This document shows positions 41,908-56,797 of a DNA stretch of 64,000 nt, one piece after another; the first letter of the stretch is position 1; each line of letters begins with the position of its first letter. The stretch is from the human T2T-CHM13v2.0 reference genome, Homo sapiens: NCBI RefSeq assembly GCF_009914755.1, contig NC_060944.1. The stretch is one strand, 5' to 3'. Both the position numbers and the translations under genes were made by a program. The notes beneath the pieces are model-generated. The model was not told the origin of the DNA. It did not search any database and worked only from the letters and a program-made list of their open reading frames with translations.

Positions 41908-42285
41908 TGTATTTGCTTTCTATTTCTACATTACGAATTACCACAAACTTAGTGACCATTGAATATATCAGTTTCCTTGGGTCAGGAGTCTGGGCACAGT
42001 GTATTCTCTGCTCAGGTTCTCATAATGCTGAAATCAAGGTGTCAGCAGCTGCTGTTTTATCTGGAGCTCAGGCACCTCCTCCAAGCTCACATGGCTGTGC
42101 CAGAATCCAGTCTTTTGGGGCTGTAGGACTGAGATCCCATTTCCTCTCTGGCTGTCAATGGGAACACTCTCAGCTTCTGGTGGCTGTTTCCGTCTCATGA
42201 GGGCCCCTCCATCTTCAAAGCCAGCAACGGAGAGTCTCCCTCACATCAAATACCCCGCCTCTCTCTCTCTCTTTGAATCTCTTTT
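41908..42285 (-). mobile_element. MLT1 (D/E-like) LTR fragment
   Basis: aattaccacaaacttagtg..ggtcaggagtctgggcaca..gctgaaatcaaggtgtcagca..ccctccatcttcaaagccagcaa. Confidence 0.8.
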
Positions 42286-42374
42286 AAAACTTCAGAGATG
42301 TTCACCTGTAGCTAAGACCTAATCAGGGCTCTCTTAATTAGGACTTCATTACTGGTGAACATCTCTGAAGTTTT
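42286..42374. repeat. 89-nt near-palindromic hairpin
   Basis: Perfect 21-bp outer stem aaaacttcagagatgttcacc / ggtgaacatctctgaagtttt; imperfect pairing continues to a ~3-nt loop. Confidence 0.9.
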
Positions 42375-43962
42375 GTGCCCTTTGTAAAATAGGAGGACTT
42401 TATGTAGTTAAATTCTCTGTGATCATCTGCTTCAACTTGAGCACTGAGAATGAAATTATTCTGATAAACATGTAATTCTTAAAAATAGGAATATATGGAG
42501 GACATGTCTTGGGCACCAAAAAGACCAAGAAGGAGACCGGGATGGCCAGGTTGGCTGTAGGTGCCGCAGGTCAGTTATGTAGACAAGAGGGACCCAGTTT
42601 TAGAGAGCAAATCCAAGTCAGTGAGTCCAGTCTTTGGTTCAAATTAATAGTTTTCAATATTTGTGAACCATAGAATTTTTCAAATAAATGTGTATGAAAG
42701 TATATATATATATTCTGTAGCACTCAAGTTATGTCAGACACCCTACTAACTGCTTAATATTTAATCCTCATAACAGTATGCAGTGGGCATTATTATTATT
42801 ATCCTTGTCATGATTCCCATTTTACAATGAAGAATCCAGGTCTCAGAAAGAGGAAGTACCTTGCCCAAGATGGTAGAGTTTACTTTGAACCCAGCAAATT
42901 GGCTTCATACTGTTTGAGTGCTTGGCTGAGAAGTCATTGTCCTGGGCACAAGGCAAAAGTCTGGGGGGCTTCCCCATCAATTTTTCCCCATACCCTCCTC
43001 CCTGAGGCCTGTTCAGTGCATCCTACCCTAGCAAAGCTCTGGAAACCAAAAGGTTTTAATTCTGCAGGCAGCTGCCTTGGATGGGGCTTCCTGGTGGCCA
43101 CCTTCATTTGCACGGTTTCTCAGAGCCCTTTCAAGGAACCACATTAACACAATTACTCAGCCTAGTATCTGTCTTTTGCCAATTCCTTTGTCTTCTTGCC
43201 ACAAATTGGAACAGTTGTCGACACAGCTCCTCGCCCATTTCAGACATTTGCTGCCACCTTGGCTTCCTGACTAGTCTTGCTACCTCCAGCTTTTCCCTCA
43301 TCCTGATCCATGCACTATACACTATGAGCTTTGTCTTCCTAACCCCCTCAGAGCATGTCATGTTTACTTACAATGCTTCCAGGGCTCTCTAATACCCATC
43401 AAAAAATTGTGACTCTCAAGGTGGCATTTTTAGCTTATGATGATCTAACTCTACTGATCTTTCCCATGACTGGAATCCAAACATTCTAGGCAAGTACTCA
43501 TCCCTTTCCTCCCCATCCCCAAACTTGTGTCCACAAGATGTTAAGTTACCATCTCTAGGTCTCCTTCAAACTCTCAGAGCACTTCTTTTATTGGGCACTT
43601 GATTTTCTATCTTGTTGTGATTAATTTTTCTAGTTTATAAGACCCTTGAAAATAGTGGACACACTGATATTTTAATCTTCCACTGAACACAACAGCCACT
43701 TACAAATAATAGGTACTAAGTAAGTAGATGCTGAATCAATCATCCTCCCAGAAGTCCTGAGAAATAGATGTAGTAGCTATTACTATCATCCCCATTTAAC
43801 AGATCAGTAAATTGAGGCTCAGAGATGATGAGTGACTTGCTCATCTCTATAGATATAGAGGCAGATAGAACCTAACGCACAAATCTATTGACTGAGGACA
43901 AAAATTTCTTGAGGCTGAATTATTCTCTGGTGTCTTCAGTTATTATCAATCATTATTTTTAG

Positions 43963-44490
<528 letters not shown>

Positions 44491-44494
44491 ATTT

Positions 44495-45788
44495 TGAGGC
44501 AAGAGAAAGAAATAAAGGGCACCCAAATAGGAAGAGAGGAAGTCAAACTATCTCTGCAGACAACATGATTATATATATCTAGAAAACCCCATAGTACTGG
44601 CCCCAAAGCCCCTCAGCTGATAAACGACTTCAGCAAAGTTGCAGGAAACAAAATCAATGTACTAAAATCACTAGCATTTCTATACACCAACAACAGCAAA
44701 ACTGAGAGCCAAATTAGAAAAGAATCCCATTCACAATTGCCACAAAAAGAATAAAATACCTTGGAATAGAGCTAACCAGAGAGGTGAAAGATCTCTACAA
44801 TGAAAATTACAAAACACTGTTCAAAGAAACCAGAGAAGACACAAACAAATGGAAAAATATTCCATGTTCATGGATAGGAAGAATCAACATCATTAAAATG
44901 GCTATACTGCCCAAAGCAATTTACAGATTCAGTTCTATGCCCATCAAACTACCAATGACATTCTTTACAAAACTAGAAAAAAAAAGATTTTAAAATTCAT
45001 ATGGAACCAAAAAAGAGCACAAATAGCCAAGGCAATCCTAAGTAAAAAGAACAAAGCTGGAGGCATCATGTTACCCAACTTCACACTATACTACAAGGCT
45101 ACAGCAACCAAAACAGCATGATACTGGTAAGAAAACAGGCACATAGACCAATGGAACAGAATAGAGTGCTCAGAAATAAGACTGCATATCTTCAACCATC
45201 TGATCTTCAACAAACTTGACAAAAACAAGTAATGGGGAAAGGACTCCCTATTTAATAAATAATCAGCATCATTTATTAAATAGGGACAAATATAAATAAT
45301 TCTGCCATAAAGCCACATGCATGCGAATGTTCCTTGCAGCACTATTCACAATAGCAAAGACATGGAATCAACCTAAATCCTTATCAATGACAGACTGAAT
45401 AAAGAAAATTTGGTACATATACACCATGGAATACTATGCAGCCATAAGAAAGAACAAGATCATGTCTTTTGCAGGAACATGGATGGAGCTGGAGGCTATT
45501 CTCCTTAGCAAACTAACACAGGAACATAAAACCAAATACCACATGTTCTTACTTATAGGTGGGAGGTAAATGATAAGAACTTATGAACACAAAGAAGGAA
45601 ACAACAGACACTGGGATCTGCTTGAGGGAGGAGGGTGGGAGGAGGGAGAGGAGCAGAAGAGAGAACTATTGTACTGGGCTTAACACCTGGCTGATGAGAT
45701 AATATGTACAACAAACCCCCACGACACGTGTTTACCTATGTAACAAATCTTCACATGTACCCCGAAACCTAAAATTAAAATTAAAAAA
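44495..45788 (+). mobile_element. 5'-truncated old primate L1 (L1PA13-16-like) with an internal deletion
   Basis: ORF2 remnant [39 protein letters not shown], 3' UTR and A tail. 15-bp TSD aagaatcactgattt at 44480-44494 and 45789-45803. Confidence 0.93.
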
Positions 45789-48069
45789 AAGAATCACTGA
45801 TTTACAAGGGTTCCCAGAAGGCCCTCAGCTTCCCATATTAGCTCATTTAATGTGTAAAATTACATAATTAATGGCTTGCTAAAATATTACTCTCTATTTA
45901 AATGCAAAGTAATATTATATCTTATCATTCATTTTATAAGTATTCAGGAAGCAATAATACTATGCAAATGTCTACATCTGTCTCATGGCACCTATTTTTG
46001 GTTATATATTATTTGATATCTGCCTTGCCTCCTGTTAGATCATTTGTTCCAAACAGTGTCAGAAATTTTTCATCTTCTATTGCCACCTCAGCAGCTGGCC
46101 TTGCTCCTGTACATAGTGAGTACTTTTCATTTGTGAAGTGTATAACTCCGTGAATGATGGAATTCACGCCTCATCATGAGCGAGTTTACCAGTTTTTCCA
46201 AAGAGCCAACTTTGATAATCTCCTAGGCACTGCCAATTTCCAGGTCAGCTGCGTAATGCCTTCATGATCTCCAAGCCTCTGTTTCCTCATCTGTGAAGTG
46301 GGCCCAAAAAGCCAGTTCCTGGCTCACAGTAGGTGCACAAGAAATGTCCATTCTCATCCTTGCTTGGGGATTAAATAGCTAACAGTGTATCTGAGCAGCT
46401 GGTGGGAGGTGGAGGCAGGGTGTTTTCCCAGAGCCCTCGAAATCAGGCCATGCCGACGGCTGCCCACCCCTGATGTCCAGCCTGCTCCTGCGTGCATTCC
46501 ACAGGGGCAAGACTGAGCAGCCTGGAGAGCCCTTGGAACATGTGTATGTGACTATAAAACATGCTGTAGCCCTGGAATCCCGACATCAAAAGGGAGAGCT
46601 TCAGTGCCTGATAAAAATGTGCATTCCTCTTAGCAAACCACTCCAAATGTTCTTTTCTCCACCCCACTGGGAAGCTTGTCAGTGCTAATGTGATTCTTAT
46701 GATTCTTGCTGCTCTGTAGCCTCTTGATCTTTACCGAGATCTCTCTGCCCCTGAGTGTGTTGGAAACAAAATGTCCTGTCTAGTGTTCAGTGCTTAAAAT
46801 AACAGACGCTGGCTTCCTGCTGTCCATTGAAACTTTACTCCAAGGTCTCTCCCCATCACCCTCTGCCCCCTTGCCAAGCCAGGGGAAAAAGTCCAGGGTA
46901 AACTGGCAGATAGAGAAGCAGGGAGGGGCAGGGGAAATTAGGCATTCTTAGACCACTGCAGGCATTCTTTAATATCAATTTGATTTTCCCTGGGTTAATT
47001 TTTCAGAAATATCAACTTCTTGAGATGTGAGAAATGTTTTATGGAATGTGACTTCCCATCTCTAAAGACAAGGACCTCATTTTCCAAGCAATGCTGCCTA
47101 GGAGCATGTATGAGGTCATGCAGTCTGTATTCTGGACAGTGGTCATATGCTAAATAATTGAAGGAGGGAATGAGCTGGGTATATTTCTGAACATATATTT
47201 TCAAGCCTGGGAAATAGTAAAATAAGTCATCCCATGGTATCTGGGCATATTCATGTTTTCTGTTAGAAAACGAGATTGCAAAGTCTGCAGAAAATAGACC
47301 ATGACAATGGTATTGGCTCACAAACTCACAAACTCGTCAACCCCATCTCTTTTGCTTAGGATTACGGGGGAAATGCATTCTCTTTTTTTGCATGCCAATG
47401 GTTTAACAGAGAAGAAATTTTCCTTCTTTAAGACAGGTCATTCTGGTAGTTTCAGCCATCTGTAATTCCTTCTGGGCCTCTGGGAGACTGAGTTGTCCTA
47501 AACATATTTTTGGAAATGCCACTGATCATTGTTTTTATTAGGCAACTGCAAAGCTTTGTAGTAAGAGGATTTGTGTTTTATTTGTTTTTCTTCCCCTGAC
47601 CCAGCTGGTTTTGTTTTAACAGCATTGGAGGGGAGGTTAAAGTATTTGTGGCCTCCGTTAACCTAGCCTGTCTCTCAAAGCCAGCAAAGCCAGAAATCAG
47701 AAGAGATAGAACAGGAACAGACAGGTCATCAGCCAAGATAGGTACACCCTTGATTTAACCACCCTCAGGGGTGGGGTCGACAGGGAGGTTGATCTTAAGA
47801 TGAGTGAAAGCTTCGGAGCATGTAGCTGTCGGGAGAGCAGGTCACCCCCACGAAAAGGTATCTCAGGAACCTGAGCACTCAGGAACTGCTGGGAAGTAAT
47901 CATGCCAAACAAGAGGCTACCACATATGCCCATTTTTATTTGCCACACCCAGTGAAGGAGCATAGCTCAGCCAGGCTGCAATCAGATACCCAGAAAAGGC
48001 CATGCATGGCCCTAGGGGTGGACCAGAAATGGCAGCTATTTCTGAGACATCCCAGTCTGCTTGGCTGAA

Positions 48070-48210
48070 CCTTGTTAAAACCAAAACTTATGCCAGGTCC
48101 CATCCCCAGAGATCCTGATTTAATGGGTCTGGGGTGCAGCCTGGACATAAGGTTTGCCAAGCTCTCCAGATGACTGTGAGGTGGCACTGAGGCTGCAGAG
48201 AACTATTGCC
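48070..48210. mobile_element. MER5-type relic
   Basis: ccttgttaaaa..atccccagagatcctgatttaatgggtctggggtgcagcctgg..aagctctccagatga. Confidence 0.6.
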
Positions 48211-51200
48211 CAGCAGAAAATGGCAATTCCCCTTTCAACGACCTACTAAATGCCAGATGCAGTAGTAAACACTTTTCCCACATTAATTTCTTGATTTCTC
48301 CCAATTTTCCTGTAAGATAAGCTTATCTCTAATTTACAGCTAAAACTGAGATTTTTAGATTTTTAGGCTGTTCAGGTGGAGTTTGATTCCCATTCCACTT
48401 AACTCCAAAGCCTATTCCTTTTCCACTCAACAGCCTCCTCAGAGAATCCAAAATATGACAAAATAAATACTTACGGAAACTCTCCAGAGGGCTACATAAG
48501 AGATTATTTCATTCACTTATTTATGTGAGTAGGGACTTTCCCTGACTTCTGTGTAATATGTAGAAGAAAGATCAGAAACTACTTAATTGGAGACTCTGAG
48601 TGTCTTGAAGGGGATGTGGCCGCAGTGCCCAATCTCCAAAGCTTCCCTTTGCCATCCTAGCATGGCTGTCCCTGTACAAAAGGACATGCACCAAATATTG
48701 CTTCTGCTTTTGCAAATCACTCTTCAAGCAAGAATCTCAAAGCCCAACATAATTAATAAAATCATTTGCATCCTGTTTAGATGAGTAGCGTTTTATATGT
48801 ACAAATTCCACCTCTGTCCCCAGGCCTTCCAAGAGTATGAGAATGTTTTCAATTTTAAAGAATGAGCAATAGAGTAATTGAAAGGAGCTGTATCTTGGCA
48901 AACGCAAAAGACCTCAAAGGCATTTGTAGTAACCTATATGAGAAAGCGTGGCAACCACAAAGTGTGTCATAATGGCTTGTCAGCCATGCTGTGCTAAATG
49001 GTTTAAAGATAGGAAAGATAGGGAAGAATAAAACATTTAGTTCTTAGGAGTCAGATACCCCTGGATATCATCTGTTTGGTCAAGTCTCTGAAGGATCTGG
49101 AAGCAGGGAAATGGTGACATTAGCTGATGATCCAGTTTCTTGGGTTAATCAAGGAAGTAGGGACAGCCGGGGCCAATTAAGTAGCTAGGCAGCCAATGAT
49201 AGATGAATCTTTATAGGCAAGCGCAAAGATAATGCCGTTGGGAAAAGCAATTGAAGTCATTCAGGCACTTCCAGGCCAGGAAATCCTCCTAGTCTTCAAG
49301 GGGGAACATGTAGGAATCATCAGGACCAGCCTGATGAAGTCATCTGTTCATTGTGTAGCTAATGATCCGCAAAAGTGCTGAATGCACACGGGGACAGGCC
49401 ATATGGAATACATTTTGGTGGCTGAGATGTATCTGTGTGCCTTGATTTCCATCACCTTTAAAATAATCCTTACCATAGCCCTCTTTTCCTTTCCTTCTGT
49501 CCACAATCTCCCCCTACTCTTTATGTTCTTAACTCTCTAAACACAGTTTCAATGTATGGGTGATTTTTCTTAAGTAAGGCAAATATTCTCCTTCTTAATT
49601 TCTAGTTCTGCACTTCCAATAGGCTCTGTAAACATACAAGTTTCCAAGGGACACATCAGCATGTTATAAAATTCCTTTTGTTTTTTTAGCACAAAGGAGA
49701 CTGTGTCTAAGCATATATATATACACAGATGTTTCTACACATCTCTGGATTCCTTACTTGTGTTCACATTGCAGATTTAGAATTGGGGATTTTGAAAGGA
49801 ATATGAACTAAGAAACCATACTTGGAACTGCCTATCTCTTTCTTTAAAACCAGAGTTCCATCCAGGGACTCCAAAGTAAAGGTTTTCAATGAGTTGTCAT
49901 GTTGATAAAACCAAGGAACACTATTCTATGTCCGGCTTTGTTTTCTCCCTCTCTGGTTGCTGCTATTTTGTCTCCCTTTCAGATTCATCCTACTCCTACT
50001 CCTTCCAATCATTAAATGTGGGATTCTTCAATTCCTGTAGTCTCACCTCATTTTTTCTTTTTTAGACAATCCATTCATCTTTCCAGCCTCATCTTGTCCC
50101 AGCTTCAACCACATCTTGCCTTGTTCACAACTTCTGTGTTCTTCCACAAATCACAAGACCATTGCACCTGTTTCCTAAGCCTGGAATACTCTCCTCTAGC
50201 TTTTTGTGTGGTTAGTACTTGCTTATCCTTCGGATCTTTGTTCATTCATCATTTATTGATTTTTTTCAGATTTGGTCCAGTCTCCCTCTTATGAGCTCTC
50301 ATAACACCAGATAACATTTCTCTACACTGTGCATCCCAGTTGCAATTTTACATCCATTTGTGTGATTATTTTATTAATGTCTGTTTCTCTCACTAGACTA
50401 TAAGCTCTTCTGTTTTTATATCTTACTGTTCCTATTGTTACTGACTCACCTTGCACTGCCCACCTCTCTTCTTTATAGGTTGCCACAGCTTCTACCAACC
50501 AATGGCTTACTCTGTCTCACAGATTCTGCTAATAAGCTTTTTTTCTGTGTCTTTCAATTTCTACTCTTACTACCAACTAAAGTTTACTACCATCCTCTCT
50601 AAATTTTTCACATCCACACTCTAATATCAAGAAGATCTGGTTTGTTTAATTTATATTTATTGTCTCTTTTTCAAAGCTCCTATGATAGACCAGTGTATGG
50701 CTTCCTTGCTAACACCCAAGTGGACTGCCTTTGGGTCAAGGGCATGCTCCATTCATTGTCTGTGGTCAGGATAGAGGGGCTGAGATGTCAGCATCCCTAA
50801 GAAAGAACAATAAGCCGGATGCTCTCTCCATCACAACCTGCCTGCTGGGAGCTGGCAGAGTTGGGGAGGGATCATCCTTGAGAACTGGAGTTGGGAAAAA
50901 GAAAGTAACAGAAAACAAGCATGGACAATTGGGGCATTTAGCATCCTCCTCCTTGGTCTGTGTTCCACTCAACTAAATCTCCATTTCTCTGCATATACCA
51001 TATTGTTAACACAATTAAGGTGTCACAGAAGTGAAGTTCATTTAGGCCTGATGAGCAAAGGAAAACTTAAAGGAATATTTGAAGTATTTTGGGAGTGATA
51101 GAGCCTAGTGAAAAAATGTTAGATGTCTGGGTAAAGAAAGTGCCCTTTGGGTGCTTGTCTACACCTGGTTCACCTTCACTCCTTGGACACAGCCCTTCAG

Positions 51201-53351
51201 GACCTCTACCTAAAGTGAAGGGGGCCCTAGACTCCAACCTAGCGATATCCTATGCTAGTGATACCTTACCTAACCGCTCACAACATGAGGCTGTCAAACA
51301 CTTGCTCAGCCTTCAACTCTCAACTGCCTCTACTAAAAAAAAAAGATATAATCATAATCCAAACAGCTGGCAGAAATGAGAGTTTTATTGATCTTCAGAA
51401 GAACCAATGACCACCATCCCTTACCTGGGTAGAGCATTATAGTGGAGGGGCTAACAACACAGATTCTGGAATCTAGGATTCTAGAATCCAATTCTGGCTT
51501 GGCCACCTACCAACTATGTAAATTTGTGTAAGTTACTTGGCTTCTCCTTGCGTATAACATAGGATTACAGTTCTTACACTAATTTGGTTGTTGTGATGAC
51601 TAAATCAATAAATGTCAAGAGCTTATAACAGTGGTGACATTACATATGGGTGAGCTATAATTATTGTCGTTATTACTATTGTCCTTTAGAGGCTACCTGA
51701 TCCAATTAGTAGCCACCACCTGAATTACTCATGACACATTTGGTTATAAGAGGCAGAAGAGGAAATGTATTGGCTGACACAGCAGGGACGTCCAAAAAAA
51801 TGGTCTGGCACAGCTGGACCCAAAGGTTCAGATGATCCATCAGGACTCTCAGTGTCCTGCGCAGTGGCTTCTATGTGAGTCAATATCATTCTCAAGCAGG
51901 CTTCCTCCAGGTTAGGACAAAGATGTAGCTTGATAATTATCCCATGCTTAGACTTCTTCCTCAGTGGATCTAAAAGAAAGACTCAAATAGTCCCTAGTTG
52001 TGCTCCATCATCAAACCAATAATCAGGGGGATGAATTATTCCAACTGATTAAGACTGGCCCTCATACCACCTTGTAGAAAAGAGGAAGGGCAGGGCCAAC
52101 CCTACTCAAACAGTATGGTTCTCTGGAGGAGGATGCTGAACACAAGATGCCCCCTGTTCAACCCTTTGAAAAGGCACAATCTGGGGCCATTTCTCTAAGA
52201 AGGGACCAGATGACTATGATTGACATGTTTACTGAAATGTTTACCCTATTTCCATCTGAAGAGTTACAAACACCCATGAGTGATGTTCAAAATATTGTAT
52301 AACCTCTAGAGCAGAATCTCTGACCAGTTCGTCTGAACATCTCACCACTCAGAATGGAGGTCTGCTAAAGACAACCAATAAGACGAAAGACTGTAGTGGC
52401 ACATTCCTGCCGAACAGCAATCCTGCATCAAATGCAAACTTTGGGCTGATTTCTAGGGGACTTCAATGTTTAATCCTATTCATTCTTATTGAGCAAACAC
52501 TATCTAGCTTTGGCTGGCTTACTTACCCACCTGTTTTGAAGCAGGACCCGAGTAGACAGGCATCTTCAGGATGGGACTTTCTGCTCTTTCATCACTTTTT
52601 CATCTCACATGCGTGAACTCTGCACTGGGACACACACTTAGGACACAGGCTATAAGAGCTGAAGCACCAATAACCTTGACATGGACCCATGTATGTACTT
52701 TGCTTGTCTTTCTGTTCTGGGCCAATGTTGTCCTTTTTTCTGGCTTGGGAAAGCAGGGGTCCCCCTCTTTCCTCCCTTCTATTAGTCTACCACCAAATGC
52801 CTCAAAAAACAGCCCTAATCTCAGCAGGACTTATCTTTGTCTATGAATATGCTATCCCTACAAATTCAGATTGGATGAAGGATCCTTTGATTAGAGATTT
52901 AAATGAGGGACAATTTAATGAGCCAATTCAGCTTAGCTAAAAAGCATCTACCAATATCTGCTATGAAGTGTGGGGGGTGGGGGAAGTGGTTATGTTCCTT
53001 CTTATCACACTCCCTTCTCTTGAGTTGATGTTTTTAAGGTACTTTGCACAGAGTCTATACAAAATAGATACCTCCCCTGCCTCCCACCAGCCCTCTAGCG
53101 TATCCTGGCTTCAGTTGCTTGCAGCACCTCGTAGAACCCTCCACCTCCCTTCCTGCCTTCCAGGTGCAAGGTAGTACCTGGGCATCAGTGCCCACACCTG
53201 CTCCCCAGGAGATATCTCCCTTCCCTACTTCCTCCTCCCAGCTAGTGCTGCTGGCCTGCAGAAAGACTTAAAGATGCTTGCCAAGTTGACCGGACCTTTA
53301 CTTCCCTCTTTCTAGTGGGAATTGATGGATTTCACGCCTGTCTCTTTTCAG

Positions 53352-53487
53352 GGCTGCAGAGAGTACAGCAACTTGCGAAAAACACAAGATACTTCAGACA
53401 AAGACTGCAGGAAATGGGATTCATTATCTATGGCAATGAGAATGCTTCTGTTGTTCCTCTGCTTCTTTATATGCCTGGTAAAGTAGC
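53352..53487 (+). CDS. SPTLC3: SPTLC3 coding exon (exon 10, 136 nt; phase 1 to 2)
   Basis: Absent from the ORF track and found by reading: (G)[44 protein letters not shown](A). Acceptor tctcttttcAG|, donor GC|GTAAGT. Confidence 0.96.
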
Positions 53488-54219
53488 GTAAGTATCCAAG
53501 GCATCTCATAATCACACCTAAACCCCAAGGTGACCTAAGATGGCTTTTTGGCACAGGCGTTAGATTATGCATCTGGAATGGGGTGAGTGAGTTCAGAATT
53601 CACTCGTACGGCTTCTCGGAAGCCACCTGTCAGTCTATCAGCTAGACCCTTCCCACAGGTCTTATAGAAAGGGAACCAAAGGTGCTGAGACTGAGCTCTC
53701 TCCCTAAATTCAAGTTCTGTGAATTTAGGGAAATCACTTATCTCCCTCAGCCTCACCTGTAAATTAAGCACAATCCTGAGCCTCCTTCTGACCCAAGATC
53801 GTTCTCAGGGAGAACTTCTGAAGATCATCTCTCCCCATATTACCATAAAAACAATGTGATCAGGCTCTGTGCTTTCTCCCATTGAACTCTGCAGCCGTCC
53901 TCAGAAGAGGACATTCTCATTTCAAGCGTGGGGAAGCTGAGGCTGAGAGCAGTTAAGCAACCTGCCCAAAGTCACACAAGTCAAACAGCAGTAAAACTAA
54001 GATGCAAAAACCCAAACTGAGGCTCACATTGAAGCTCATGCTCAGTTTCTCATGCCCTTACTGTGAACCTGTTTGGGGGTTGTTTACTTGATTGCAACTT
54101 TGAAACAGCATTAGCAACAACTGCATAAAGAGGAAAACATGACTTTTTGTCAGTTTGGCAGGGACAATTTTATACATGAGCCCTTCTCCAACCTGCTGGA
54201 GACTAATGTAATTATACTA

Positions 54220-54545
<326 letters not shown>

Positions 54546-54893
54546 GGAAGTTAACTAAGCTCCTTTCTCAAGGTAAAATGTTTATTTTTATCTCTGACCA
54601 AGCACATGATAGAAATTCATATTCAACATACTACGCATCAGATTCTAGAGGTCCTAACTCCCCTCCAATGTAACCCATTGCTGGAACTTTCTGTTTGACT
54701 CTCTAATAGCCTGACTAGATTGGCAGAGTACTTGAAGTATTGAAAAGTACCAATAAAAGAGGTTTGGGTCTTACTTGTGAAAACTCATGGAGGGCAAGAC
54801 TGAGTTATAAGTTCCTAAAAGACAGATTCTTCAGAGTATGCTCTTGGGTCATTTTACCACAGCAAAATCACAAGCAGTTAAAACACACATGAA

Positions 54894-55200
<307 letters not shown>

Positions 55201-56505
55201 TTAGCATGCCACATCATTCCCACCAGTTGGCCCTTTGTTCACAGATCTGGGTCAGGAAAACATTGCATGAAGTATCTGAGGACATAATGTGCTACAGACA
55301 TGTTATATATCATACTGCTCTGTGATAATGTTAAGGAGGGTTGACAACAGTGATTGAAAGTAGCAGACAATTCAAAGATCTTTAACCATCTGATTTTTGA
55401 AGACACATACAAACACACACACACACACAGACACACATACATTTATTCAAAATGATTGGGGAAATGATGTGTGTTGGAAGAAATATTCCAAACTTGGCTC
55501 AGGTTTATCTAATATTTTATCATTAGCTCAAAAGAAGGCACTGAAAATAAACTTGTCCAAGGTATAAAACACATAATTCTGGAGTGTTACAATGACAGTA
55601 GGGAGTGTTCTGGATAGTTCCAACTTTAATAATAAAAGCCAGAAGTAGAATCCCAACAGGTTGGAAAAATGAACCAACCCAATGAGAAGAGTCCGTAAGT
55701 AGTGAAAACAAATGCATGTAACTTCAAGAATTCACACAATATGCTATGAACGATATGCTTCATATAAAAGTTATGCTCTATGGTGTGATGAAAGGTTTGG
55801 AATCAAAAAGAAATTTGATTCTTCCTCTTCCTAGCTGGGGATTCTTGGACAAGTTACTCAGCTTTCTGAAGCTCCAGTTTTCTCATTTATAAAACGGGAT
55901 ATGATAGTATCTTATTTCATAAGGTTACTGTGAAGATTAAACAAAATGATGTCCATACAGCATTTGGCATGTTACCTCTTATATAAGAGCTATTCAGTGT
56001 TAGCTTTCATTATTAATAGCATCAATTAATAAAGTCATTAATAATGTCATTTTTAGTAATGTGTACAAAGCACTTAATATAGTAGTTGGCATGCCATAAG
56101 CATTCAATCAGTGGTAGCCATTTCACTACTACTCTGCAACAATGATGATCATTATCAGTTTCAACTGAGCGCAAGGTTGAATCACCACGGTTGCATGGCT
56201 CTCCAAAATAATTATTACAATTTTTGGTTGCATTACTCAAAATAAAATGTCCAGAAAAAATAGTAGGTAAAGATCCTGCTACACTCTGCTTCCATATTGC
56301 TATATTAGATGCTGGATAATATGTCAAACAATCTTGTTTCTTTCAACTTAAGATTGTTTTTTAAGAAGAGCTAATATCACAGAGTACTAAATATATGCTA
56401 AGTAAGGCTATTAGACCTCAGCGATTACCCACGGAGGGTAGGATGTTTAGCCCTAGTTTATAAATGAAGATGCTAAGACTTAGAAAGGTCAAATTACTTT
56501 CTAAA

Positions 56506-56797
<292 letters not shown>

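Noticed and set aside
44784-44993. ORF with L1 ORF2 similarity
   Set aside because: Fragment of a truncated, deleted L1; not a functional gene.
48840-49440. Repeat-poor stretch with two CCAAT boxes and faint retroelement-like codons on the minus strand
   Set aside because: No convincing RT motif or promoter architecture by eye; needs a Dfam/tBLASTn search.
53478-53483. Alternative donor CTG|GTAAAG 10 nt upstream of the exon-10 donor
   Set aside because: Would frameshift relative to exon 11, and the downstream GTAAGT is the better consensus.
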